This document shows positions 1-6,918 of a stretch of 11,512 nt of DNA, in pieces; the first letter of the stretch is position 1, and every line of letters begins with the position of its first letter. Under the pieces are notes generated by a model. The model was not told where the DNA came from and made no database searches. It saw nothing but the letters and a program-made list of their open reading frames with translations. The position numbers were made by a program, and so were the translations under genes. The stretch spans positions 1 through 11,512 of the forward strand of contig JBEKSD010000028.1 in the NCBI GenBank assembly GCA_049517335.1. The letters are read 5' to 3'. This DNA comes from Candidatus Omnitrophota bacterium. GTDB lineage: Bacteria > Omnitrophota > Gorgyraeia > Gygaellales > Profunditerraquicolaceae.

Positions 1-1
1 C

Positions 2-229
2 GAGCAAAAGGTAGGCACTATTGCGAAGAAGTTAGGCATTCCGCAATCCAGCCTTTCGCGTCATTTGCTGCTTTTAAGAGAAGGGGGAGTGTTAAAATCT
101 CGGCAAGTAGGTACAATTATTTTTTATGATATCGAGAGTCGTGACATATTTAAAGTTTTAAAACCTATTGCCGAGATGTTACGCCATAAATTAAAAAGGA
201 CAGAAAAAGTATTAGATAGTTTGGGATAA
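2..229 (+). CDS. ArsR/SmtB-family winged-helix transcriptional regulator, 5'-truncated by the window edge
   Basis: Frame 2 reads EQKVGTIAKKLGIPQSSLSRHLLLLREGGVLKSRQVGTIIFYDIESRDIFKVLKPIAEMLRHKLKRTEKVLDSLG*. This fits the ArsR HTH-wing pattern (V..IA..L...QS.LS.HL..LR..G.L..R..G....Y). TAA at 227-229. Not in the ORF track. Confidence 0.85.
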   Translation, partial: EQKVGTIAKKLGIPQSSLSRHLLLLREGGVLKSRQVGTIIFYDIESRDIFKVLKPIAEMLRHKLKRTEKVLDSLG

Positions 230-327
230 GAAAAATAAAATTTTCTAATTTTGATACTAATAACTAAATATCTAGAATTAAGCACCACAAGATAAAGAGT
301 TAATTTTTATTTGGAAAGGAGGGGATC

Positions 328-480
328 ATGAAAAAGACATGTGAAAAGACAGAATTAACAAATTGTATTAAAGAGAAGGCGAAGGAGCTGTGGGAGAAAG
401 ACGGATGCAAGCAAGGCCGTGATCTGGATTATTGGCTACGGGCTGAAAAGATTGTAAAATCTCAGAGTACAAAATATTAG
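328..480 (+). CDS. Small DUF2934-like protein (50 aa)
   Basis: Strong SD AAGGAGG before ATG328. Translation MKKTCEKTELTNCIKEKAKELWEKDGCKQGRDLDYWLRAEKIVKSQSTKY* carries the DUF2934 pattern I...A..LWE..G...G.D...W..AE. Below the ORF-track size cutoff. Confidence 0.8.
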   Translation: MKKTCEKTELTNCIKEKAKELWEKDGCKQGRDLDYWLRAEKIVKSQSTKY

Positions 481-552
481 ATTAGAGTCAGTTATAATTT
501 CTAAAGATTGATTTAAAGGCTTACCAATGACCTTTAGAAAAAGGAGGAACAT

Positions 553-1038
553 ATGAAAGTAGCAAGAAATGTGTTTTTCGGGTTAATAGTGGTAGGGGCA
601 ATGGTTTTTGTTTCAGGGGTATCATTCGCAGAAACCGCAACGTCAGCGCCAGCGGCAACACCAGCGGCAGCAGCAAAGAAAGCAAAACATGAAGCTAGAA
701 TCAAGCTTTTGCAGGATTCCGCAGTAGCTCTTCAAGCGACAAACCCAGATTTAGCAATGAAATTGACTGATATTGTGAACGGGCAATCAAAAGAAAAGGC
801 GGAAGGTAGCAAAGAGAAAGTAGTAAAAGGTTCGCCGGAATGGAAAGCAAAGCGTGATGCAAGAATACAGCTTTATAAAGACGCGGCAACAGCTCTCCAA
901 GTGAGACATCCGGATTTAGCAAAGGGTTTAATGGATATGACGGTACCCAAACAAAAGACTGAAATGCAGAAAATGGCCGGAGAAAAGAACGAGAAGGAGG
1001 AAGTCGGAGAGAAGGTAGAGCCTAAGGGAGATAAGTAA
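553..1038 (+). CDS. Secreted hypothetical protein with a duplicated 31-aa helical motif
   Basis: SD AAGGAGG; Sec-type signal peptide ending VSFA; Ala/Pro linker; two copies of KAKxxARIxLxxDxAxALQxxxPDLAxxLxD; followed by a terminator. Confidence 0.8.
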   Translation: MKVARNVFFGLIVVGAMVFVSGVSFAETATSAPAATPAAAAKKAKHEARIKLLQDSAVALQATNPDLAMKLTDIVNGQSKEKAEGSKEKVVKGSPEWKAKRDARIQLYKDAATALQVRHPDLAKGLMDMTVPKQKTEMQKMAGEKNEKEEVGEKVEPKGDK

Positions 1039-1063
1039 GAGATAAAAGTATAGAAAATATAAT

Positions 1064-1095
1064 AAGGGCTGGACTTAACCGTCTAGCCCTTTTTT
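1064..1095 (+). terminator. Rho-independent terminator
   Basis: Stem aagggctggac / gtctagccctt (one G-U pair), 6-nt loop ttaacc, then a T run, about 25 nt after the stop of 553..1038. Confidence 0.85.
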
Positions 1096-1164
1096 ATGCC
1101 CAAAATGTACTTATCCAACTGAAAAATATCGAGCAACAAAGGGAAACATCGGGAAAAGAGACGT

Positions 1165-1274
1165 CTCTCTAATTTTGCCATACCTGTTTACAGAGAGTGC
1201 TTTTATGGTGAGCCTCTTCTGGGCGTCCTCACGGGAGTTACCTCTCAAATTTGCCAATAGCTGTATGCAGAGAG
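1165..1274. repeat. Intergenic element A: two degenerate 33-bp direct repeats (1165-1197, 1242-1274); homologous to 6811-6885
   Basis: ctctctaattttgccatacctgtttacagagag vs ctctcaaatttgccaatagctgtatgcagagag = 26/33 identical, each bounded by inverted ctctc/gagag. 1178-1252 aligns without gaps to 6811-6885 at 52/75. Confidence 0.7.
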
Positions 1275-1332
1275 GGCGTCCCCTTGTGCAATATTACTGC
1301 CCGTCCTTAGTAGAAATACCCGGATAAAGTTC

Positions 1333-1361
1333 TTGACAAAAGAAGTATTCTGTTATATTAT
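1333..1361 (+). promoter_or_regulatory. Sigma70-type promoter of the DUF134-desulforedoxin-rubrerythrin operon
   Basis: TTGACA (1333-1338), 17-bp spacer, TATTAT (1356-1361), 31 nt upstream of ATG1393. Confidence 0.75.
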
Positions 1362-1377
1362 TGGCATATGCCAATAA
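1358..1377. promoter_or_regulatory. Perfect 20-bp palindrome, candidate operator
   Basis: TTATTGGCATATGCCAATAA equals its own reverse complement and overlaps the -10 box and the expected transcription start. Confidence 0.75.
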
Positions 1378-1392
1378 CTAAAAGGAACGTCT

Positions 1393-1740
1393 ATGTCCAG
1401 GCCATGTAGATGTAGAAGAATAAGATGTAGCCCAGATACTAATTACTTTAAGCCCCGAGGTATTCCTGTAGATATGCTAGAGGAGATAAATCTTGCTTTA
1501 GATGAATTAGAGGCAATAAGGCTTGCGGATTTTGATGGCTTTTATCAGGAAGACGCAGCTAAAAAAATGAATATTTCCCGGCAGACCTTCGGAAATATTG
1601 TTAATTCTGCCCATAAGAAGATTGCAGATGTTTTGTTACACGCCAAGGCGTTAAAAATAGAAGGGGGCGTTGTGGAGATTACTCGAAGACAGAAAGTCCG
1701 GAAGCGGATGGATAGAAAGATAAAAGAAGGAGGTATTTAA
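1393..1740 (+). CDS. DUF134 (UPF0251) family putative DNA-binding protein
   Basis: MSRP..RRI...YFKPRGIP...[31 protein letters not shown]....KALKIEGG matches the DUF134 signature with its sigma-region-4-like HTH. Confidence 0.9.
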   Translation: MSRPCRCRRIRCSPDTNYFKPRGIPVDMLEEINLALDELEAIRLADFDGFYQEDAAKKMNISRQTFGNIVNSAHKKIADVLLHAKALKIEGGVVEITRRQKVRKRMDRKIKEGGI

Positions 1741-1741
1741 T

Positions 1742-1867
1742 ATGGCAGTTGAAAAAGTCAGTGAAAAGTATCGTTGCAATATTTGTGGAAATGAAGTTGT
1801 TGTTACGAAGGTTGGAGGTGGGGAGTTGGTTTGCTGCGGTAAACCTATGGAGAAAATTGAAGGATAG
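1742..1867 (+). CDS. Desulforedoxin (stand-alone desulfoferrodoxin FeS4 iron-binding domain, 41 aa)
   Basis: SD GGAGGT lies within the end of the DUF134 gene; ATG1742. Translation [41 protein letters not shown] has the Y.CxxCGN...GGG.LVCCG.PM desulforedoxin motif. Not in the ORF track, where the over-extended 1749..2459 ORF masks it. Confidence 0.92.
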   Translation: MAVEKVSEKYRCNICGNEVVVTKVGGGELVCCGKPMEKIEG

Positions 1868-1880
1868 GGAGGATTTAAAA

Positions 1881-2459
1881 ATGAGCAAGTCAATCAAAGG
1901 TACTAAGACAGAAAATAATCTTTTAGCAGCTTTTGCCGGTGAATCCCAGGCTAGAAACAGGTATACCTATTTTGCCTCAGCAGCCAGAAAAGAGGGCTAT
2001 GAGCAGATCGCCAACATCTTTACGGAGACCGCGGAAAATGAAAAGGAGCACGCCAAGGTATTTTTTAAATATCTTGAGGGAGGAGATGTAGAAATTACCA
2101 CATCTTACCCCGCAGGAGCGATTAAGGATACCAAGACTAACCTTGAGGAAGCGGCAGCCGGAGAGAACCTGGAGTGGACGACCCTTTATGCGGATTTTGC
2201 CAAAACCGCTAAAGACGACGGCTTTCCGGAGGTAGCGCGATCATTTGAACAGATAGCCAAGGTGGAAAAATTCCATGAATCAAGATATAAGAAGTTGATC
2301 AATAATATACTCAATGGCGAAGTCTTCAAGAAGAAAACAGCGGCCAGATGGCATTGTATTAACTGCGGTTATGTATTTGAAGGGGCTGAAGCGCCCAAAG
2401 AATGTCCTGCTTGTAAGCATCCTCAAAGTTACTATGAGATTTTGGCGGAAAATTTCTAA
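1881..2459 (+). CDS. rbr: Rubrerythrin (192 aa)
   Basis: Start at ATG1881 after SD GGGAGG. Motifs [28 protein letters not shown] and EKFHE supply the di-iron ligands; C-terminal rubredoxin-like WHCINCGY...CPACKHP. Confidence 0.95.
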   Translation: MSKSIKGTKTENNLLAAFAGESQARNRYTYFASAARKEGYEQIANIFTETAENEKEHAKVFFKYLEGGDVEITTSYPAGAIKDTKTNLEEAAAGENLEWTTLYADFAKTAKDDGFPEVARSFEQIAKVEKFHESRYKKLINNILNGEVFKKKTAARWHCINCGYVFEGAEAPKECPACKHPQSYYEILAENF

Positions 2460-2482
2460 GGGGCAGCTAATAACGGCCGGTA

Positions 2483-2501
2483 CAAAAATTATACACGTTT
2501 T
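2483..2501. repeat. 19-bp direct repeat, copy 1 (copy 2 at 3735-3753)
   Basis: caaaaattatacacgtttt is identical at both positions. Confidence 0.8.
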
Positions 2502-2514
2502 AGCCACTAAGTAT

Positions 2515-2630
2515 CGATGTCCGGACAAAGAGAGGCGGACAAATTTATCTTCTAACCGCTCAAAGAGTTACGCAATTTCCAGCCTAAAATGACCGGACAA
2601 AACGGACATATTTTCGAGCCTTTTTGTCCG
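2515..2630. repeat. Intergenic element B (CGGACA-box element), copy 1
   Basis: Aligns without gaps to 6919-7034 at 81/116; 2558-2603 aligns to 3678-3723 at 37/46. Contains four forward CGGACA boxes and inverted TGTCCG boxes near both ends. Confidence 0.85.
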
Positions 2631-2670
2631 TCACTAGGATAGTAATTTGTCTCTCTAAAGTAGATAATTC

Positions 2671-2699
2671 TTGCACTAATAGGGTAAGGGCTATATAAT
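2671..2699 (+). promoter_or_regulatory. Sigma70-type promoter downstream of element B
   Basis: TTGCAC, 17 bp, TATAAT. The spacer contains ATAGGGTA, as in the promoter at 7110-7138. Confidence 0.6.
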
Positions 2700-2950
2700 T
2701 AGTAGCTAGGAATTATGAGAGGTTTTCCCTCCGGTTTATATTAAAGGTACCCAAAATTTCTTGTTTGTAATAATACTTGTTACTGAAAAATTCTTATTTT
2801 TGATGGTAAGCAGACACTTTCCGGACTAATCGGGACGCTGTACCAGGTTTAAGCTGAAATACTAAACGTTTTACGTAACTTTCATCTGCATATCGACTAA
2901 GAAGATAATTAATAATCGGGACTTCTAATTAAGGTAAAAAGTGAGGGATC

Positions 2951-3640
2951 GTGAAGATTGGGAATATTTTAGGAATCTTGCTGGCGGCGTTGATGGTATT
3001 TGGCTGTCTAGGGGCTTTTGCCGGCGTATCCAAGGGGGAAAGAATAGTCTATGCTATTAGTCCCGTAGGAACAGCAGAATACAACGATATGGGGCTGGTA
3101 GATTACAAGGGCAAGAAGCTTTGGCTGGTTACTTTTCTGACGAAAGTCCCCGGATTTCACGATCTGGAAAAGATTTACGCCGATCCACAGACAGGATTGC
3201 CCTTGACAGTGGAGCGTTATATAGATTGGCCATTATCAAAGGAATTTTTAATCGAAGAATATGATCCGCAGAATAATTCCCAGATTACCAGGCGATTTCT
3301 GAAAGATAAGCTTACCAATGAATACAAATATAAATCTAATGGCCCATACTATAACGCTATCCTGCTCCCGTTTTATCTGCGCGGGGTCAAAGATTTGAAT
3401 ATCAGCTGGAGCATGGTAGTGCGCGTTCCCGGTCAATTTGCTGTCACGCTGCAAGATGTAGAAGATATCAAGGTGAATGGTAAAAGAATCGCAGCTTACC
3501 ATTTTACCAGCAAGCCAGATAAGTTCGAAATATGGATAAGTAAAGATGAAGACCTTCTGCCGGTGGTGATTAAGGGCACGGTCGGTTACAGCATGTTTAT
3601 GCAGAGCCATTCTTCGCAAGAGCAAGTCAAACAGAAATAA
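2951..3640 (+). CDS. Exported protein, DUF3108-like
   Basis: GTG start after GAGGGA; N-terminal signal peptide; GERIVY near the N-terminus and C-terminal IKVNG...AYHF...FEIWISKDEDLLPVVIK resemble DUF3108 beta-rich periplasmic proteins. The family call is tentative. Confidence 0.65.
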   Translation: MKIGNILGILLAALMVFGCLGAFAGVSKGERIVYAISPVGTAEYNDMGLVDYKGKKLWLVTFLTKVPGFHDLEKIYADPQTGLPLTVERYIDWPLSKEFLIEEYDPQNNSQITRRFLKDKLTNEYKYKSNGPYYNAILLPFYLRGVKDLNISWSMVVRVPGQFAVTLQDVEDIKVNGKRIAAYHFTSKPDKFEIWISKDEDLLPVVIKGTVGYSMFMQSHSSQEQVKQK

Positions 3641-3677
3641 GCATAAAGTTTCCAGCCTAATCGGGATGCTGTGCTCG

Positions 3678-3723
3678 ATTCAGATAGTTATGCCATTTTC
3701 AGTCAAAAATGACCGGACAAAAC
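3678..3723. repeat. Intergenic element B, partial copy
   Basis: attcagatagttatgccattttcagtcaaaaatgaccggacaaaac matches 2558-2603 at 37/46 without gaps. Confidence 0.75.
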
Positions 3724-3734
3724 AGCGCTCAGTG

Positions 3735-3753
3735 CAAAAATTATACACGTTTT
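3735..3753. repeat. 19-bp direct repeat, copy 2
   Basis: Identical to 2483-2501. Confidence 0.8.
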
Positions 3754-4060
3754 TTAAAACGAGGGAAACGCACTTGTTTAGTTAAGGGGTCCTCAAAGTA
3801 GCGAGGGAAGGTTTCTCTAAATCAAAAAGTTAGTTTGTAGCTCGGTATGTTGCATATATGAGTGCCATTTGAAAAACATAGAGGTTTTCCCTCATGAAAC
3901 ATGATAGGGGCCCTAGCGGGCTTTGCGAGTGAGCCGTGCCCAAGGGAGGCGAACGAAGTCAGATCAACAAGGTTTAAGAATTTTAAGCATTCAATCAGCC
4001 TCTCAAGTAGAAGGCTTGAAAACAAAGAGAGACTCAGGGGAAAGGAGGAAGTTGATTGGC

Positions 4061-4089
4061 TTGACAAATAGTTCGTTATGTTTTAAGAT
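4061..4089 (+). promoter_or_regulatory. Probable sigma70 promoter for the histidine kinase
   Basis: TTGACA (4061-4066), 17 bp, TAAGAT (4084-4089). Confidence 0.55.
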
Positions 4090-4214
4090 ATATCGAATCA
4101 CATAATTATACCGTATCTCTATATTGCACAATTGCATATAATCATTAATAAAAGAGGCAGCTCCTGCGGAATTTAATGCAGGAGAGTAGGTTAGAAGGAA
4201 ACGGTTCTTATAGG

Positions 4215-4316
4215 AGCTAACTTGAGAAGGAAAACCTATGGTATTTTTTAATACTCCTGACATGAAGCTAACTTGAGAAGGAAAACCTATGGTATTTTTT
4301 AATACTCCTGACATGA
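4215..4316 (+). repeat. Exact 51-bp tandem duplication spanning the kinase RBS and start codon
   Basis: agctaacttgagaaggaaaacctatggtattttttaatactcctgacatga occurs at 4215-4265 and 4266-4316. Confidence 0.95.
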
Positions 4317-6568
4317 ATATAAGCGGTTTCTTAGGGACTTCTCTTTCACTAGGGCTTTTAATAACTAGTATTTCATCTCTAATGCTGGGGATATTTGTCT
4401 TATCCAAAGGGTACAAAGAAAAATTAAAATTATTCTGGTTCATTTTGAGCTTTTTTGTGTGGGCTTGGGCGTTTTTTCTTTATCTCTGCTGTATAGCGAA
4501 AGATTATCATCGTGCCTTGTTGTTTGTTCGTATTGCCAACTACTCAGGTATTTTCATCAGTGCCTCCCTCGTCCTCTTCACAGAGGAATTCATAAGAAAA
4601 CCCAACAGGATAATTTCTAAAGTAAGTGCCTATGTAGCACTAATTATATTCATATTTAGTATTGTCTTTCCCCGCGCGTTTATTCCTTCTTTAAGCCCTA
4701 AAGTTTCATTTAAGATGTTTCCAGATAGCGGGATTATATATTATTTTATTACTTTATATTTCGTCTTTACCTGGAGCTATTCTATGTTTATTTTATATAA
4801 AAGCTTAAAGGCGGCTTATGGTATCAAAAGGGAGCAAGCCAAATACATCCTTATCAGTATGATAATTAGCGTGATCATAGCTTTAACCACCTTCCTACCG
4901 ATGTTTAATATTAATCTTTTCCCTTTTGGTAATTTATTTGTCTTCTTTTATGTTGTGCTTACAACTTTTGCTATTATTCGTTATCGCACTTTTGAAATCG
5001 ACACGGTCATCCACCGCACCCTGCTCTGGATGCTTACTTCCAGCTCAATCGTTGTGCCTGTCGGCATACTCTTATATTTTGCGCGTCCTTGGCTGACTCA
5101 ACTGAACTGGCTCCAGCTGACCTTAGTTACCACGGTGTTGTTTTACCTCTACCTGATTTATTACCAAGCCATGCAGCCCAAAATCGACCATCTCTTCAGG
5201 AGGCGTAAATACGATTATTACCTTGTCCTGGCTGAAATAGGCCAGAAAATAGGCACTGAGCTGGATATCAATGATGTGATCAGCCGCCTCTTCAAGGAAC
5301 TTAAAAAAATACTCTACATCCGCAATGGCCTGGTCCTGGTGCAGCAGTTGGGCCAAGAGGACTATACTGAGGCAGGCAGTATCGGTTATGACAGATTACA
5401 GGACGCTCCCCAGGATAGGCAGGGGGGAGTATTATATACCAGTAAGCTAAGCCAGTGGCTAAATAAGCATAAAAAAGCCTTAGAACGAGAACAGGTTGAA
5501 GTAAACCCCCAATATGAATCCATAAAGCAAGAAGCCCTCGCCTGGCTAAAGCAAAATATGGCAGAGCTGCTCATCCCTATTCTGATGGAAGACAAGATCA
5601 ACGGTCTCATCGGCATCGGTAAGAAAGAAAACCTCCGCTCCTACACTGCCAAGGATATAGAACTCTTGGAAAAAATGGGCAGGCAATTAGGCGTTACCAT
5701 AAACAACTCCCTGCATCACGAAGACATTATGGAAAAAGAAATACTGGAGTATCAGAAGCAGGCCCTGGAAGAGACTAATAAAGAATTAGATGACTTTACC
5801 TATACCGTCTCGCACGACTTAAAAGAGCCCTTAAGGGCTATAGATGCCTTCTCAAAGTATGTAATGGACGATTATCAGGACAAAATAGGCGAAGAAGGAA
5901 GGCATTATTTGGAACGTGTAAGGGCTAATGCGGAAAGGATGAAAAAACTCATCGAAGACCTGCTTGAGATATCCCGGATTAAGAGGAAAGGAAGCACCAT
6001 CGAAGAGGTGGATACAGAAGAGATTATGGCTGAAGTAAAGATGCGGCTTGAATACGCAATAAATCAAAAGTCCGTGGAGGTCATCATAAAAGATAAGCTT
6101 CCAAGGATATTCTGTGACCGCGTCAGGTTAACCGAGGTCTTCCTAAACCTGATTTCCAATGCCATCAAGTATAACAATAAGCCCAAGCCCATAATAGAAG
6201 TCGGTTATAACAATAAGGAGGACTTCCATGAATTTTACGTAAAAGATAATGGGATTGGAATACAAGAGGAATACTTTGATAAGATATTTGAGATCTTCCA
6301 GAGGTTAGGTAAAAGAGAGGATACCGAAGGTACCGGCGCGGGCCTTACAATAGTAAAGACAATAATCCAGATGCACAAAGGAAAAATCTGGCTTGAGTCT
6401 AAGCTAGGAGAAGGCACTACGTTCTATTTTACAGTTCCTAAAGCAAAGAGTACGATTCTAGGGAAGGATTTGACAGGTGATATCCTTTTAGAGAAGGCAC
6501 TTGGAAGAGAAGAACAACAGAGGATAAGCAGCTTAAACAAAGGAGGGCAAGATGATGGAAGAAACTAA
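4289..6568 (+). CDS. Sensor histidine kinase: N-terminal multi-TM (HisKA_7TM-like) region, GAF-like domain, HisKA, HATPase_c
   Basis: Multiple hydrophobic helices in the first ~290 aa; GAF-like LLIPI...GLIGIGKKE...YT..DIELL; H-box SHDLKEPLR, N-box NLISNAIKY, G1 DNGIGI, F-box FEIFQRL, G2 GTGAGL (Cph1/phytochrome-type kinase core). Confidence 0.95.
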   Translation: MVFFNTPDMNISGFLGTSLSLGLLITSISSLMLGIFVLSKGYKEKLKLFWFILSFFVWAWAFFLYLCCIAKDYHRALLFVRIANYSGIFISASLVLFTEEFIRKPNRIISKVSAYVALIIFIFSIVFPRAFIPSLSPKVSFKMFPDSGIIYYFITLYFVFTWSYSMFILYKSLKAAYGIKREQAKYILISMIISVIIALTTFLPMFNINLFPFGNLFVFFYVVLTTFAIIRYRTFEIDTVIHRTLLWMLTSSSIVVPVGILLYFARPWLTQLNWLQLTLVTTVLFYLYLIYYQAMQPKIDHLFRRRKYDYYLVLAEIGQKIGTELDINDVISRLFKELKKILYIRNGLVLVQQLGQEDYTEAGSIGYDRLQDAPQDRQGGVLYTSKLSQWLNKHKKALEREQVEVNPQYESIKQEALAWLKQNMAELLIPILMEDKINGLIGIGKKENLRSYTAKDIELLEKMGRQLGVTINNSLHHEDIMEKEILEYQKQALEETNKELDDFTYTVSHDLKEPLRAIDAFSKYVMDDYQDKIGEEGRHYLERVRANAERMKKLIEDLLEISRIKRKGSTIEEVDTEEIMAEVKMRLEYAINQKSVEVIIKDKLPRIFCDRVRLTEVFLNLISNAIKYNNKPKPIIEVGYNNKEDFHEFYVKDNGIGIQEEYFDKIFEIFQRLGKREDTEGTGAGLTIVKTIIQMHKGKIWLESKLGEGTTFYFTVPKAKSTILGKDLTGDILLEKALGREEQQRISSLNKGGQDDGRN

Positions 6569-6596
6569 AATCATCAATATCCCTCAAGAGAGGTGA
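6552..6596 (+). pseudogene. Possible 5' remnant of a response regulator gene
   Basis: SD AGGAGG at 6541-6546 and ATGATG overlapping the kinase 3' end. Reads MMEETKIINIPQER*, resembling the 'K.INILLVED' start of receiver domains, then breaks into repeat-rich spacer. Confidence 0.4.
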
Positions 6597-6810
6597 CAAG
6601 GATTAACTCTCTGTTTGCTAATGTATTAGAGAAATACCTCTCTCCAAAAAAGTGACAAAAGGGACATAAAAACAACCTCTCTAAGCCCTATTCATTAATT
6701 TTTTGCACCCCCCTAAAGACTATTTTTAAACAAAATACCATAATCGCACTGAGGGTTAACCTAAAACTGTACCGTTTCCAGGTTGAGATTTTTGCCTTCT
6801 GAGGGTTCCC

Positions 6811-6885
6811 CCATAGCTGTGTCTAGAGAGTCTTCTCCTCGTGGAATATTTCTGGGCGTTCTTAACGGAGATGCCTCTTAAATTT
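6811..6885. repeat. Intergenic element A, second copy
   Basis: Ungapped 52/75 match to 1178-1252; shared blocks ccata.ctgt, agagagt, tctgggcgt, cctct.aaattt. Confidence 0.7.
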
Positions 6886-6918
6886 CACAAGAACCGTACC
6901 CAAAATGGAGATAAATTC

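Noticed and set aside
1165-1274. Mini CRISPR array (33-bp repeats, 44-bp spacer)
   Set aside because: Only two degenerate units, no cas genes in the window, and the 'spacer' is itself conserved in the copy at 6811-6885.
1749-1880. 44-aa N-terminal extension of rubrerythrin in the ORF track
   Set aside because: It overlaps the clear desulforedoxin gene in another frame; ATG1881 has its own SD and gives a typical rubrerythrin N-terminus.
3641-3693. Integron attC site (gcataaa...gttatgc just after a stop codon)
   Set aside because: The left end lacks the invariant AAC, the span is only 53 bp, internal pairing is weak, and gttatgc is explained as part of element B. No integron integrase in the window.
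3881-3945. c-di-GMP-I riboswitch (CGCAAAGCC on the minus strand, GAAA-containing hairpin on the plus strand)
   Set aside because: The two motifs are on opposite strands and the GGCAAACC...GAAA...GGGACGCAAAG order is absent.
4003-4443. 146-aa minus-strand ORF with an internal repeat
   Set aside because: Antisense to the kinase start; its repeat simply reflects the 51-bp duplication; no recognisable domain.
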